Positions 19,822-31,278 are shown, numbered from the stretch's first letter. The stretch: DNA of 64,000 nt from Candidatus Omnitrophota bacterium (GCA_016201795.1 JACQCF010000014.1:49648-113647); one strand, 5' to 3'. Notes: generated from the sequence alone by a model not told the origin. Made by a program: numbers and translations.

Positions 19822-20780
19822 AAATTCGAACAACAATTTTTACTTGTTTGGCAGCGATCGCCACAGTGATGTTATGTTTAGCCATACCGCAGCGATTATT
19901 TGCCCACGGCGCGGCCATCGAGACGGGCGGCGGGGGCGGTGGTGGGCCTGTAAAACTGACCAAGGAACAGCAAGCCGCCATCGGCTTGAAGACCGCGAAG
20001 GCCGAACTGGGTACTATTGATTCCGTCTTGGTGCTTAACGGCAAGGTGAAACTCGATCCAAATCTCCACATGCACGTCAGCACGCGTATTGAAGGCCGAG
20101 TTGAGAAACTTTACGCCAAGGTGGGTGATAGGGTAGAAAAAGGGCAGAAGCTCGTGGAAATCCAGTCACGCCAGATTGGTGACCCACCTCCTGTAGTCAC
20201 CATCGAGGCGATGGTCAATGGTATCATTAATGAACGCAGTATCACCCTCGGAGAAGCGGTTGAGCCTAACAAAGAGTTGTTTCATATCATTGATTTGTCT
20301 GAGGTCATCGTTGAAGCCGAGGTGTATGAAGAAGACATCGGCAAGGTGAAACTCGACCAATCCGTACGCATTCACGTCCCGGGATACCCCGCTGATGCCT
20401 TCGAGGGAAAAATCACGTTTGTCGGCTTGGAACTCGATCCTGAGAAACGTACGTTGCCCATCTGGATTTCAGTCAAGAATCCCGATTGGAAACTCCGGCC
20501 TGACATGTTTGCCAAAACCGCTGTTGTCCTCACTCACAACGAAGGTATTCTTTCCGTGCCGAAGGACGCGCTCATGGAGGAGGGCGGTGAGAAATTTGTG
20601 TTCGTACAGGTAGGCGACACGTTTAATCGCGTGGACGTGCAGGCGGGTGTTGAAGACGACCGCTTCGTTGAGATCAAAGATGGCCTCGTGCCCGACGATG
20701 TGGTCGTCACCGATGGCAAACGCGAGGTGTACACCAGTTGGTTGATGGGTGGAAAAAAGCCCGCTACCGACAAGGACTAG
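19818..20780 (+). CDS. CzcB-like RND membrane-fusion protein
   Basis: Lipoyl-like RIEGRVEKL..GD.V.KGQ; LRPDMF; signal peptide followed by His-Gly. Confidence 0.88.
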   Translation: MKIRTTIFTCLAAIATVMLCLAIPQRLFAHGAAIETGGGGGGGPVKLTKEQQAAIGLKTAKAELGTIDSVLVLNGKVKLDPNLHMHVSTRIEGRVEKLYAKVGDRVEKGQKLVEIQSRQIGDPPPVVTIEAMVNGIINERSITLGEAVEPNKELFHIIDLSEVIVEAEVYEEDIGKVKLDQSVRIHVPGYPADAFEGKITFVGLELDPEKRTLPIWISVKNPDWKLRPDMFAKTAVVLTHNEGILSVPKDALMEEGGEKFVFVQVGDTFNRVDVQAGVEDDRFVEIKDGLVPDDVVVTDGKREVYTSWLMGGKKPATDKD

Positions 20781-20804
20781 CCATCGAGAGCTGAAAGGAA
20801 GGTT

Positions 20805-23800
20805 ATGTTTGACAAACTGATCCTTTGGTCATTGAAGAACCGCCTGCTCGTTGTTGTTGGGCTGGTCGTGTTCCTGGTTATATCTACATTCACGACGATG
20901 CACATGCCCGTGGACGTGTTTCCCGAGTTTGCACCGCCACAGGTCGTCGTGCAAACCGAGTCGCCGGGACTTGCGCCCGAAGACGTTGAGTCGTTAATTA
21001 CATTTCCTGTCGAGAGCGCCGTCAACGGCACACCCGGCGTGGACAAAGTGCGTTCGCAATCCTCAGTCGGACTTTCAACCGTCATCATCGTGTTTGGCTG
21101 GGGAACAGACGTGTATGTGGCCAGACAGTTAGTCAACGAACGTATCCAGTCGGTGCGCGACCGTTTCCCCGCCGGTACGCAAGCACCCGTAATGTTGCCG
21201 ATCACATCGGCGGTTGGTTGGATGATCAAATACAGTCTTGAAAGCGACACACGCTCGCTGATGGACTTGCGCACAATTTCCGACTGGCAAATCCGACCGC
21301 GTATTCTAGCACTTGGCGGCGTTGCCTCAGTCGTGAGCATCGGTGGCGAAGTGAAGCAGTATCAGGTTCTTCTCGATCCTGACCGTATGAGCGCCTATCA
21401 CGTTAGTGTTGCCGAAGTGCAGGAGGCGCTGGCTAAAGCCAACGTAAATGTCCCCGGTGCGTTTCTGCAATCGCCAGGACAGGAATACATCGTCACCGGT
21501 ACGGCACGCATTCAATCGCTTGATGACTTACGGGACACAATTATTAAATATGAGAAAGGTACACCGATTTTTGTCCGCAACGTCGCCGAAGTAAAATTTG
21601 GCCCGCAGCTTAAGCGCGGCGACGGTGCCCTCAACCTTAAGAACGCCGTCATCGGTACGATCTCGAAAGCCTATGGCGCAGATACACTCGCCACGACTTA
21701 CAAAGCCGAGGCGGCATTGCGCGATATTCAAAAGCAGTTACCGCCGGACGTGAAACTGAATATGCAGGTCTTCCGCCAGGCGGACTTCATTGAAGGTTCA
21801 ATCCGTAATCTCAACCGAGCGCTCCTTGAAGGCGGCATCATCGTGACGCTCATCCTGTTCATCTTCCTGATGAACATCCGCGCGTCGTTCATCAGTTTTA
21901 TTTCGATGCCCGCGTCTTTGTTGGCTGGCGTGATGGTGCTGAAATGGTTTGGCGTGAGTCTCAACTCGATGACCATCGGCGGCTTGGCCATCGCTATCGG
22001 TGAGGTTGTGGACAACGCCATCATCGGCGTGGAAAATTGTTTTCGCCGACTCCGCTTGAACCGCGAGTCGTCCGCGCCGCGTCCGTCATTCGACATTGTG
22101 TTCGAGGCGACGAGCGAAATTATGAACTCGGTCGTCTATGCCACTTGTATCGTGGCGATTGTATTTCTACCTATCTTTTTTCTTCCCGGTTTGGAAGGAC
22201 GTATTTTTGCTCCGTTGGGAATTACCTATCTCGGCGCGTTGATTTGTTCGCTGGTGGTGGCGGTGACCGTCACACCTGCGCTTTGCTACCTGCTTATCGG
22301 CAACACGAAGAAGGAACTGCGCGAAAGTTTCGTTGCGCATTGGCTGAAGAAATACTATGAGCGATTACTGCATTTCACGCTGCGCCACGTGTGGCCCATC
22401 GTCATTACGGCGTTGGTTCTCGTCGGCGTGGTCATGGCGTTGATTCCGTTCCTCGGGCGTTCGTTCATGCCTGAGTTTCACGAGGGGAATTTCATCGTTG
22501 TACAAAGCACGTTGCCAGGCACATCGCTCGATGAATCCATGCGGCTTGGGCTTCTCGTGCGTCAGAAGCTTCTCAAATATCCGCAGGTCGTCTTGATTTC
22601 ACAGCGCGCGGGCCGCAGTGAACTCGATGAGGACGCTCAGCCGCCGAATTTCAGCGAGTTCGACGTAAAACTCGATTACGACCGTGACAGGAATATGCCA
22701 CCCGAAGAGTTGTTACGCCGCATTCGGGCTGACCTTTCGAAAATTCCCGGTGCGGTTTACAACATTGGCCAGTTTATCTCGCACCGATTCGACGAAGTAC
22801 TCTCAGGTGTACGTGCGCAAGTTGCCATCAAGATTTATGGCGACGACCTAGCGAAGCTGCGGCAAATCGGCTGGCAGGTGCAACAAATTCTGCAAACCGT
22901 GAAGGGCGTTGAAGACCTCGCGTTGGAGCAGCAGATCAATGTACCGCAGCTTATCATCCGTGTAAATCGTGAAAAGGCCAGCCGCTATGGAATTAAAACG
23001 GGCGAGTTGGCCGAGACGGTTGAGACGTTGCTTAACGGTATTACCGTCTCACAAGTGCTAGAAGGACAGAAATCGTTTGATCTGTATTTGCGTTTGCAGG
23101 ATTCGGCGCGCAACGACGCGAATTCCATCCGTAACATCCTCGTGGACGCGCCCGCGCTCGCCAAGAGCGGCGACGTGAAAGTCCCGCTGCGACAAGTCGC
23201 GCGGGTTGAGTTTGAACAGAAACCCTACTTCATCAACCGCGAAGACGTGCAACGGCGCATTGTCGTCTCCTGCAATGTTGCGGGGCGCGACCTCAACAGC
23301 CTGATTGTTGAGGCGCAGAAGAAAATCAACGAGCAAGTCACGCCAAAACTGCCGGGTGGCTATTTCATCCAATACGGTGGCCAGTTCGAGAGCCAGCAGG
23401 AAGCGCAGCGGATTTTGATGCTCTTTGGTATCGGCGCGGTGGTTGGTATTTTCCTAATGCTGTACCAGGCATTCGGTACAACGCGCGAGGCGTTGCTGGT
23501 GATGCTAAATCTGCCACTGGCGCTCATCGGCGGCGTGATTGCCGTTTTCTTGGCGGGCCGCGACTTAAGCGTACCGGCGATGATCGGGTTTATCAGCTTG
23601 TTTGGGATTGCCTCGCGCAACGGCGTCATTTTGGTCAGCCACTACAACCAGCTTCGCAAGGAAGGAAAATCACTGCGCGAGACGGTCGTGGAAGGCTCGC
23701 TCGACCGACTAAACCCCGTGCTGATGACTGCCGCGACCGCCGCATTAGGCCTTGTGCCATTGCTGTGGGGCGATCCAACGGGCAAGGAATTAGAGCGCCC

Positions 23801-23939
23801 CTTGGCGCACGTAATTCTCGGCGGTCTGTTCACCTCGACGTTTCTCAACATGGTCGTGATCCCGACTTTGTACAACAAGATTGAAGAGATTCGTCAGAAG
23901 CGGACCCAAAACAAAACCAACCCTCCAAAGGAGAATTAG
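20805..23939 (+). CDS. CzcA/CnrA-type heavy-metal RND permease
   Basis: PVDVFPE, GEVVDNAIIGVEN, GIASRNGVILV and RLNPVLMTA; lacks the CusA Met motifs. Confidence 0.9.
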   Translation: MFDKLILWSLKNRLLVVVGLVVFLVISTFTTMHMPVDVFPEFAPPQVVVQTESPGLAPEDVESLITFPVESAVNGTPGVDKVRSQSSVGLSTVIIVFGWGTDVYVARQLVNERIQSVRDRFPAGTQAPVMLPITSAVGWMIKYSLESDTRSLMDLRTISDWQIRPRILALGGVASVVSIGGEVKQYQVLLDPDRMSAYHVSVAEVQEALAKANVNVPGAFLQSPGQEYIVTGTARIQSLDDLRDTIIKYEKGTPIFVRNVAEVKFGPQLKRGDGALNLKNAVIGTISKAYGADTLATTYKAEAALRDIQKQLPPDVKLNMQVFRQADFIEGSIRNLNRALLEGGIIVTLILFIFLMNIRASFISFISMPASLLAGVMVLKWFGVSLNSMTIGGLAIAIGEVVDNAIIGVENCFRRLRLNRESSAPRPSFDIVFEATSEIMNSVVYATCIVAIVFLPIFFLPGLEGRIFAPLGITYLGALICSLVVAVTVTPALCYLLIGNTKKELRESFVAHWLKKYYERLLHFTLRHVWPIVITALVLVGVVMALIPFLGRSFMPEFHEGNFIVVQSTLPGTSLDESMRLGLLVRQKLLKYPQVVLISQRAGRSELDEDAQPPNFSEFDVKLDYDRDRNMPPEELLRRIRADLSKIPGAVYNIGQFISHRFDEVLSGVRAQVAIKIYGDDLAKLRQIGWQVQQILQTVKGVEDLALEQQINVPQLIIRVNREKASRYGIKTGELAETVETLLNGITVSQVLEGQKSFDLYLRLQDSARNDANSIRNILVDAPALAKSGDVKVPLRQVARVEFEQKPYFINREDVQRRIVVSCNVAGRDLNSLIVEAQKKINEQVTPKLPGGYFIQYGGQFESQQEAQRILMLFGIGAVVGIFLMLYQAFGTTREALLVMLNLPLALIGGVIAVFLAGRDLSVPAMIGFISLFGIASRNGVILVSHYNQLRKEGKSLRETVVEGSLDRLNPVLMTAATAALGLVPLLWGDPTGKELERPLAHVILGGLFTSTFLNMVVIPTLYNKIEEIRQKRTQNKTNPPKEN

Positions 23940-23940
23940 T

Positions 23941-24405
23941 ATGAAAACAAAATGGGTCGTCATCGTATTATTAAGTGTGGTGTTTGGCGTTGTTCGGTTC
24001 GCGTCGGCAGCCGAAGAACATGAACATAAAGAAGGTGAAGCGAAAATCCCCGCCACCATTAGCGGTATCTGGGCCGAGGTGAAGGAACACGAAGAACAAC
24101 TCGGCAAAATCATCGCGGACAAAAAGCTCGACAAGGTGCATGAGGTTGCCTTCGAGATCCGCGATTTGGTCAACGCCCTGCCAGACAAATCCATGGATCT
24201 GCTCGATGACAAACTGGCCAAGGTCAAGTCCAACGTCAAGTATGTGGCGGATATCGCCAAGCGTCTTGACGAATCCGGCGACGCCGGCGATCAAGTCGTC
24301 ACGGAAGCTAATTTCAAGAAGTTGCAGGACTTCTTGAAGACCATTGAAGCTCAATACCTGCCCGAGAAACTCAAGTACGAAGAAAAGAACGAACACAAAG
24401 AATAG
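23941..24405 (+). CDS. Periplasmic helical protein with His-rich N-terminus
   Basis: Signal peptide ending ASA, then EEHEHKE and [10 protein letters not shown]; GGAG SD. Confidence 0.65.
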   Translation: MKTKWVVIVLLSVVFGVVRFASAAEEHEHKEGEAKIPATISGIWAEVKEHEEQLGKIIADKKLDKVHEVAFEIRDLVNALPDKSMDLLDDKLAKVKSNVKYVADIAKRLDESGDAGDQVVTEANFKKLQDFLKTIEAQYLPEKLKYEEKNEHKE

Positions 24406-24428
24406 CTGCAATAAAAAGGATAAAACCC

Positions 24429-26720
24429 ATGATATATAAAGATCCTGTCTGTGGCATGAATGTTGATTCAGCATCAGGTATTCATGCTCATGTGCATGGA
24501 CAGGATTTTTATTTTTGCTGCCAACATTGTAAAGAGAAATTTCTGCGACAAAACAAATCTTCTACGCCAATATCTGCTCAACATGCACCCGTGCTTAAGT
24601 TTCATGAAACTTACGGGTGCCCTATGCATCCGGAAATCCATCAGAACCATCCTGGTGATTGTCCCCAATGCGGGATGCCGCTGGAGTCTTTATCCATCAA
24701 TGGTGATGAGGATCATGAAAAGAAACTGCTAAAAATTTTGAGCAGGAAGTTTTGGCTGGGACTTGTTCTAACGTTGCCGGTTTTAGTATTGGCGATGACA
24801 GAATTGTTGCCTTGGATGCAACTGGCTCTGGCAACAGCCGTGGTTTTGTTCAGTGGAGGTTTTTTGTTCACAAAAGCCTGGCAGTCACTGGTAAATAAAT
24901 CTTTGAATATGTTCACGCTGATTGCCTTGGGGGTTGGCGTGGCGTATGTCGATAGCCTTATCGCTGTTATGTTCCCGGATATCTTTCCATCGTCGATGAA
25001 AGCCAGAGGACAAGTCAATTTGTATTTTGAGGCGGCTTGTGTGATTACGGTACTGGTGGTCTTAGGTCAGCTGCTGGAAGCCAAAGCCCGCAGCCGAACC
25101 GGTCAGGCCATCAAAGCTTTGTTAGGATTAGCCGCCAAGAACGCTCACCGCATGAAGGACAGTCTCGAAGAGGATGTGCCCATTGACCAAATCCAAAAGG
25201 GTGATTTATTGCGCGTGAAGCCCGGGGAAAAAATTCCCACCGATGGCGTGATCGTGGATGGCCGCAGCGCCGTGGATGAGTCCATGATTTCCGGCGAGCC
25301 GATGCCTGTGGCCAAAACCGTCGGGGATCAAGTGATTGGCGCCACCGTCAATCAAACCGGCTCCTTTGTGATGCAAGCACAGAGAGTAGGTCGTGAAACT
25401 TTGTTAGCTCAAATTGTCGAGATGGTCGCCCGGGCCCAGCGCAGCCGCGCGCCCATTCAAAAACTGGCGGATAAGGTCTCGGGTTATTTCGTGCCCGTCG
25501 TCATTGCCATTAGTATGATCACATTTTTTATGTGGATGCTTTTAGGGCCCCAACCTCATCTAGCCTATGCCATGGTCAATGCCATTGCCGTTTTGATTAT
25601 CGCTTGTCCTTGCGCTTTGGGGTTGGCGACACCGATGTCCGTTATGGTCGGGGTTGGCCGTGGCGCGCAAATGGGCGTGCTCATCAAAAACGCCGAAGCG
25701 ATAGAGAAAGCCCAGAACATCACTCATGTCTTGACGGATAAAACAGGCACTTTAACCACCGGTAAACCTACGGTCACTGCGCTTAAGTCCGTACAAAATT
25801 TTAGCGATGACCAGTTAATATCTATGGCAGCTTCTCTGGAAGCGCACAGCGAGCATCCTTTGGCTAAGGCCGTGGTGGATTATGCTCAATCAAAAGGGAT
25901 TACTGTCTCTTCCATTAACAATTTTGTTTCTGTAACGGGGGCCGGAATCCAAGCACAATGCAATGGCCAAGACGTGCTATTAGGCAAGGCGGATTTTTTC
26001 AAAGACAAAGGGATCATTCTTCCTGATGATCTTCAACAACAAGCAATCGAATGGCAAAATAAGGCACAGACCGTTGTGTGGGTGGGCCTGGATAAGAAAG
26101 CCGTCGGTATCATAGCCATGGCTGATCCCATTAAGCCGACGACACCGTCCGCCGTTAGGGATTTGCATCAGATGGGACTTAAAGTGGTGATGTTGACCGG
26201 CGATAACCAAACCACCGCTTCTGCCATTGCTAAAGAGCTTGGGTTAGACGAGGTCTATGCGCAATTAAAACCTCAGGATAAAATGGAAATCATTAAGAGA
26301 TATAAAACCCAGGGAGCAAAGGTGCTGATGGCCGGCGACGGGATTAACGACGCGCCGGCTTTGGCTGAGGCCCAAGTGGGGGTAGCTATGGGCACAGGGA
26401 CGGATGTGGCCATTGAAAGTGCGGGGATGACCCTGGTCAAAGGGGATATCAACGGTATTGTTAAGGCGTTATATTTAAGCAAGGCCGTGATGCGTAACAT
26501 CAAACAAAATTTGTTTTTTTCGTTTATTTATAATTTTCTTGGCGTACCGATTGCGGCGGGAGTGCTGTATCCTGTTTTTGGCATCTTATTAAGTCCCATG
26601 ATTGCCGGTGCAGCCATGAGTTTTAGTTCAGTTTCTGTCATAGGCAATGCTTTAAGGTTGAATCGGTGGAAATTAACGGCTGAAAATTTTTTGGAAGAAA
26701 GGCATAAAGGAGGTGATTAA
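24429..26720 (+). CDS. copA: Cu(I)-translocating P1B-type ATPase with YHS and heavy-metal-binding N-terminal domains
   Basis: [38 protein letters not shown] and MSFSS motifs. Confidence 0.95.
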   Translation: MIYKDPVCGMNVDSASGIHAHVHGQDFYFCCQHCKEKFLRQNKSSTPISAQHAPVLKFHETYGCPMHPEIHQNHPGDCPQCGMPLESLSINGDEDHEKKLLKILSRKFWLGLVLTLPVLVLAMTELLPWMQLALATAVVLFSGGFLFTKAWQSLVNKSLNMFTLIALGVGVAYVDSLIAVMFPDIFPSSMKARGQVNLYFEAACVITVLVVLGQLLEAKARSRTGQAIKALLGLAAKNAHRMKDSLEEDVPIDQIQKGDLLRVKPGEKIPTDGVIVDGRSAVDESMISGEPMPVAKTVGDQVIGATVNQTGSFVMQAQRVGRETLLAQIVEMVARAQRSRAPIQKLADKVSGYFVPVVIAISMITFFMWMLLGPQPHLAYAMVNAIAVLIIACPCALGLATPMSVMVGVGRGAQMGVLIKNAEAIEKAQNITHVLTDKTGTLTTGKPTVTALKSVQNFSDDQLISMAASLEAHSEHPLAKAVVDYAQSKGITVSSINNFVSVTGAGIQAQCNGQDVLLGKADFFKDKGIILPDDLQQQAIEWQNKAQTVVWVGLDKKAVGIIAMADPIKPTTPSAVRDLHQMGLKVVMLTGDNQTTASAIAKELGLDEVYAQLKPQDKMEIIKRYKTQGAKVLMAGDGINDAPALAEAQVGVAMGTGTDVAIESAGMTLVKGDINGIVKALYLSKAVMRNIKQNLFFSFIYNFLGVPIAAGVLYPVFGILLSPMIAGAAMSFSSVSVIGNALRLNRWKLTAENFLEERHKGGD

Positions 26721-27950
26721 CAGCAAGATGGTCAGAATAATCAAAATAATGGTGGTCGACCAGCCGACGATGTTTTGAAATTTAGTATTCACTTTATCGC
26801 CCATGATTTCCGTATTATTGACCATGCGCATCATGGAGATTAAGACGATGGGCAGAAGCATGGCATTAATGACCTGGGTCCATATGGTAATTTCTATTAA
26901 AGGGGCGTTGGGTATGAGAATAATAATGACCGCGATGGTAAGGATGGAGGCAAACAACGTATAAAATTGGGGTGCGTCCTCGACGCGTTTATCAATCCCT
27001 GCTTCAAAGCCGAAGGCCTCGCAGATATAAAATGATGTTGCCAGCGGCAGAATGGTAGCCGAAAACACGGAGGCCACAAACAGGCCAAAGGCAAACAACT
27101 CCGAGGCCAGTATGCCGGCGAAAGGTTTGAGTGCCAGTGCGGCATCTTTGGCTTCGTGGATGACAATACCGTTTTGATGCAGGGTCGCGGCGCAGGAGAT
27201 GATGATAAATAACGCCACCACGATGGTGGCCACGCAACCGACGATGACATCCCACCGCGCGAATTTGTAATCCTCATGGCTGATACCTTTTTCGATGACG
27301 GCCGACTGCATATAAAACTGCATCCAGGGGGCAATGGTGGTGCCGATGATCCCTAAAACCATGCTGATATAATTTTTGTTCCATTCGATTTCGGGTTTAA
27401 CGAAGGCGGTGGCGATTTGACCCCAGTCTGGTCTGGCCAGCAAAGCGGAGATAATGTACGACAGAAGGCAAACACTAAACAGCAGAAAAATGCGTTCCGC
27501 CATTTTATAGTTGCCTTTGGTCACCAACATCCATACGCCCAGTGCCGTCAAGGGCACGGAGATATATTTGCTGATGCCAAAAATCGACATGCTGCCGGCC
27601 ACTCCGGCAAATTCGGTGGCGGTGTTGCCCAAGTCCGCAAACAGAAGTCCCAGAAAAATCCAGAAGGTAAGCTTGACGCCGAAATTTTCACGGATCAGAT
27701 CCGCCAGGCCTTTGCCGGTGTAGACGCCCATGCGCAGATTCATTTCCTGCACCACCACCAGGGCGATGAAGGAGGGGATTAAAGTCCAAAGCAGGCCATA
27801 ACCGTAAATGGCTCCGGCGACGGAATAGGTGGTGATGCCGCCCGCATCATTGTCCACGCTGCCGGTGACAATACCGGGCCCGAGGATGGCTAAAAATAAA
27901 CCAAAGTTTTTTAATAAACGGTTTTCTCTAATTTTTTCTATGAAACGCAT
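26673..27950 (-). CDS. NRAMP-family divalent cation (Mg/Mn) transporter
   Basis: [20 protein letters not shown] and [10 protein letters not shown] motifs; about 11 TMs. Confidence 0.9.
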   Translation of the reverse strand: MRFIEKIRENRLLKNFGLFLAILGPGIVTGSVDNDAGGITTYSVAGAIYGYGLLWTLIPSFIALVVVQEMNLRMGVYTGKGLADLIRENFGVKLTFWIFLGLLFADLGNTATEFAGVAGSMSIFGISKYISVPLTALGVWMLVTKGNYKMAERIFLLFSVCLLSYIISALLARPDWGQIATAFVKPEIEWNKNYISMVLGIIGTTIAPWMQFYMQSAVIEKGISHEDYKFARWDVIVGCVATIVVALFIIISCAATLHQNGIVIHEAKDAALALKPFAGILASELFAFGLFVASVFSATILPLATSFYICEAFGFEAGIDKRVEDAPQFYTLFASILTIAVIIILIPNAPLIEITIWTQVINAMLLPIVLISMMRMVNNTEIMGDKVNTKFQNIVGWSTTIILIILTILLLITSFMPFFQKIFSR

Positions 27951-27968
27951 CAATGTCCTTTATAAATT

Positions 27969-27983
27969 TCCGCCAAAGGCGGA
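27969..27983. repeat. Micro-hairpin tccgccaaaggcgga
   Basis: Same ccgcc-N3-ggcgg core as the elements at 8591 and 51528. Confidence 0.55.
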
Positions 27984-28132
27984 TCCGTGAAGTCTCATCA
28001 TATAATAAAAGAGGCGGTCGTTGCAAGAGAGGAAAAGTAATTTCGTGTTGTTGATTGAGTACGAATCGGTTAAAATAATCATCATTACTAAGGAGATGAA
28101 GCCGCCCAACAAAAAATGTAAAGGAAAATGCT

Positions 28133-28723
28133 ATGTCCAATGAAATCCTTCTAGCTTTTATTCCGATGTTTTTTGCCATGGACCCGCTGGGGATCTTGGC
28201 TATTTTTGCCGGTTTGACTCACGGATTTTCAGCAGCGCAGAAACGCAAGATCATTGTCCAGTCGCTGTTGACCGCCATTTTGGTCGCTATTGGTTTTATT
28301 TTTTTGGGCAGGGCCATTTTTCATTTTTTAGGCATCGGCATAGGTGACTTTATGATTGCCGGCGGGGTGATTCTTTTTTGCCTGTCCATGGTGGATATGC
28401 TCAGTCAAAGCCTGCCGACCAGAAGACTCAAATCCGCGGATTTGGGAGCGGTTCCCATTGGCACACCGCTCATTGTCGGGCCTGCGGTTTTGACCATGGC
28501 GCTAATGTTGATGAATCAATTTGGCCTGGTGGTGGCTTTGATGGCGGTCGTGGCCAATATTGCCATTGTGGCCGTGGTCTTTTCGTTTTCCGAGAAACTG
28601 ATTCACCTCTTGGGAGCCAGCGGCTCCAGGGCCCTATCTAAAGTGATGTCTCTTTTGCTTGCCGCCATTGGCGTGATGATGATCCGCCGGGGCATTATGG
28701 AAATCATTGCTTCTTTGAAGTAA
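28133..28723 (+). CDS. MarC-family membrane protein
   Basis: MDPLG, IAGG, AVPIGTPLIVGP and LG..G......M.LLL.AI motifs. Confidence 0.9.
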   Translation: MSNEILLAFIPMFFAMDPLGILAIFAGLTHGFSAAQKRKIIVQSLLTAILVAIGFIFLGRAIFHFLGIGIGDFMIAGGVILFCLSMVDMLSQSLPTRRLKSADLGAVPIGTPLIVGPAVLTMALMLMNQFGLVVALMAVVANIAIVAVVFSFSEKLIHLLGASGSRALSKVMSLLLAAIGVMMIRRGIMEIIASLK

Positions 28724-28729
28724 CCCGCC

Positions 28730-29911
28730 ATGAAAAGGAATTCCTTAAAACATCTTTTTTTATCTTTACTGGTTATTTTCTGCTGGGTGGCCATCCCTGT
28801 GTGTGTGGCGGCGTACACTTTTTTGACCACGACCTGGGGGGCTAAAACGGTTGTCACTCAGTTGATGAAATTTTATATGCCGCTGGCACAGGTTACCATC
28901 GGCAGTTATGAGGGAACGATTGAAAAAGGACTTTTGCTTAAAGAGGTGGCTATCCATCATATCCCCGCCATGGAGAAAGAGGATGCTCTTTATCTTCAAC
29001 AGCTTTATGTGCAGATTCCTTTGATTGATTGGCGTCAGGTATTTGTGAAAATCACCAACGGCCGTCTGGTGTTGGGTTCTTCGGACCCCATGGTGTTTAA
29101 TGGTTTGATGATCCGGGATCAAATTCAGGGTAATTGTTATGCGCGCAGTGTCGATGTGCGTCATCTGATCGCTGTGTTAGGATATCATGATTTGGCTAGA
29201 TTGTTATATGGTTTCATTAGCCACGTGGATTTGCGCGTGCAGGGAGCTGTTTTTTCCCCGTGGTTTATAGGGCATTTCTTGGTCGATCACATTACTTATA
29301 AAGGTACGCGGTTAAGCGATGGTTTTGGCCGTTTGGATTTAATGGTCAAGTCTCTGGGTCCTCATCCTTTGATGACGGGCTACGTGATCATGGATTCTGC
29401 TTTGGTGGAAACAGGACGGATCAACGTTGATTTGACCACCAGCAAAGCGGATTTTAAAGGGGATGCCTTAAACCCTCTTTTGGATATTCACGGCTCAAGC
29501 AAGGTGGAGGATATTAATATCGATATAGCCATCAAAGGTCCTTTGCAAAGGCCGCAGTTGATGTTTAATTCAGACCCGCCGTTGCCTGAAGATGAGATTA
29601 AGTTTGCTTTAGCCACTGGCAAAAGCTGGGCGGGCATCGATGATCAGTCCAGGGGGGTGGGTTTGCGTAAAAAATTAACTGACGAATTCAACGTGGGTAT
29701 GGAAGTTGAAGAGATCCCATTCCGGCCCGGACAGACACAAAATCCTGGTTATGCTAAAACTATTGAGGGGCAAATGCACGTGACCGATAAACTTTCCGTC
29801 AATATTGCCAAGAAGTTTCTTCCTGCCGACACAGCCACGACCTCAGGTACTTCCCAGCCAGAAAAAGACAACGAAGCCGAATTTTATCTTAAATATAAGC
29901 AGCGCTTTTAA
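28730..29911 (+). CDS. TamB/AsmA-like protein
   Basis: N-terminal anchor; F.GD..NP.LDI and I.G....P.L.F.SDPPL.EDEI...L; ends YKQRF. Confidence 0.65.
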   Translation: MKRNSLKHLFLSLLVIFCWVAIPVCVAAYTFLTTTWGAKTVVTQLMKFYMPLAQVTIGSYEGTIEKGLLLKEVAIHHIPAMEKEDALYLQQLYVQIPLIDWRQVFVKITNGRLVLGSSDPMVFNGLMIRDQIQGNCYARSVDVRHLIAVLGYHDLARLLYGFISHVDLRVQGAVFSPWFIGHFLVDHITYKGTRLSDGFGRLDLMVKSLGPHPLMTGYVIMDSALVETGRINVDLTTSKADFKGDALNPLLDIHGSSKVEDINIDIAIKGPLQRPQLMFNSDPPLPEDEIKFALATGKSWAGIDDQSRGVGLRKKLTDEFNVGMEVEEIPFRPGQTQNPGYAKTIEGQMHVTDKLSVNIAKKFLPADTATTSGTSQPEKDNEAEFYLKYKQRF

Positions 29912-29960
29912 CCGATTGATTAACTTTTTGACAACAAATGTTTAGATGTGTTTTGTCATT

Positions 29961-30062
29961 GGATTCCCTCCCCCTTTGTGGGGAGGGTAAGGGAGGGGGT
30001 ATAAAAACGATGATCTCCGTTGATCCCCCTCCCCTAGCCCCTCCCACCAGGGGATGGGAATC
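29961..30062 (-). mobile_element. Non-autonomous (gene-less) copy of the DUF559-flanking element
   Basis: Left arm ggattccctccccc..gtggggagggtaagggagggggtat matches the reverse complement of 2165-2205; right arm matches the reverse complement of 1801-1836; ~25-bp spacer. Confidence 0.65.
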
Positions 30063-30071
30063 AACAATTGT

Positions 30072-30121
30072 TTGACAAAAATTAATTTTTTTGTATACTT
30101 AAGTATTACTTAGTAATACTT
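30072..30121 (+). promoter_or_regulatory. Sigma70 promoter plus perfect palindromic operator
   Basis: TTGACA 30072-30077, N16, TATACT 30094-30099; operator AAGTATTACT-T-AGTAATACTT at 30101-30121 covers the predicted start site. Confidence 0.8.
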
Positions 30122-30134
30122 TCAAGGAGAAAAT

Positions 30135-30392
30135 ATGGCTAATACCAAAGACCTTGAGGTGATCACCTTTAAAGTGGATAAGGCGCTGGTGAAATTATTA
30201 AAAGGTATCCCCAACCGTTCGGAATTTATCCGGGTGGCCCTGCTGGAGGCTCTGGATAATTTGTGTCCCTTTTGCCGGGGAACCGGGGTACTTACCCCTC
30301 ATCGCAAAAAGCACTGGGATGAGTTGGCGAAACATCATGGTAAAAAAGAATGCAGACAATGTCATGAAGATGTTCTGGTGTGTTCTTCTTAG
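30135..30392 (+). CDS. Ribbon-helix-helix regulator with Cys/His metal-binding C-terminal domain
   Basis: VITFKV...NRSEFIR.A RHH; CPFCRGTG, H..HW...HH, CRQCH and a further Cys. Confidence 0.75.
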   Translation: MANTKDLEVITFKVDKALVKLLKGIPNRSEFIRVALLEALDNLCPFCRGTGVLTPHRKKHWDELAKHHGKKECRQCHEDVLVCSS

Positions 30393-31278
30393 TGGGGGGT
30401 TTTTCTTTAGTCCTGCGATTGGCTACAGCGAACCTTTAGTAAAATTAAAGGCGGTGGCCACCAACAGCATGGTGGCCAATTGGATTAAAAACATTGCCGG
30501 TGATCAGGTAGTTTTAACGACGCTGGTGGGAGCCAATGCGGATGTACATACCTTTGAACCGACGCCCTCAGACAATGTGGCTCTGGCCAAAGCGGACATC
30601 ATTTTTGAGATCGGCTTAGGGTTTGAGCATTGGATGAATCGGCTGTATGCCGCTTCAGCTTCGCGTGCCAAACGTATTGTCCTAACCGATCAAGTTGTCA
30701 GCCAGCCGCTGACTATTTTAAGATTAGGCCAAAAGCATGGTGAAGATGTAGACCCGCATGTGTGGCATAACGTACGTTATGTAATGGGTATGGTTAAACG
30801 TATGGGCAGCGCGCTGGCATCTGCTGATCCGGCCCACGCCGCTATTTATAAGGCCAATACCATATCCTATTTGAAACAGTTAGAAGCCTTAGAAGCCTGG
30901 GCCATCAGGAAAGTAGCTGAGGTTCCTCGAGAGCGGCGTAAATTGGTGACGAATCATGATAGCCTTGGTTATTTGTGCCAGCACTATGGATTTGATTTAA
31001 TCGGTGCGGCCTTTGAGTCAGCCACCACGGAGGCCGAGGACCCTTCTGCCAGAGACATCGCTCATTTGATTGATAAAATTAAAACTTCAGGAGTGCCTGT
31101 TGTTTTTGCTGAGAATATCCATAACTCTCAATTGTTAGCCTCGATAGCCCGGGAAGCGCATGTTCAATTAGCTCCGCCTTTATATACCGACGCCTTAGGA
31201 TCCCAGCCAAGCCAGGCGGATACGTATATTAAAATGATGCGTTATAACATCGAAACGATTGTCAGGATGCTTCAATGA
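30364..31278 (+). CDS. Zn/Mn ABC substrate-binding protein (cluster A-I)
   Basis: DVHTFEPTP, DPHVW, NHDSLGY and YTDALG motifs. Confidence 0.92.
   Translation: MKMFWCVLLSGGFFFSPAIGYSEPLVKLKAVATNSMVANWIKNIAGDQVVLTTLVGANADVHTFEPTPSDNVALAKADIIFEIGLGFEHWMNRLYAASASRAKRIVLTDQVVSQPLTILRLGQKHGEDVDPHVWHNVRYVMGMVKRMGSALASADPAHAAIYKANTISYLKQLEALEAWAIRKVAEVPRERRKLVTNHDSLGYLCQHYGFDLIGAAFESATTEAEDPSARDIAHLIDKIKTSGVPVVFAENIHNSQLLASIAREAHVQLAPPLYTDALGSQPSQADTYIKMMRYNIETIVRMLQ

Noticed and set aside
20777-24474. Long antisense ORFs across the czcA-like region
   Set aside because: These are shadow ORFs expected opposite GC-rich coding sequence, with no recognisable motifs.
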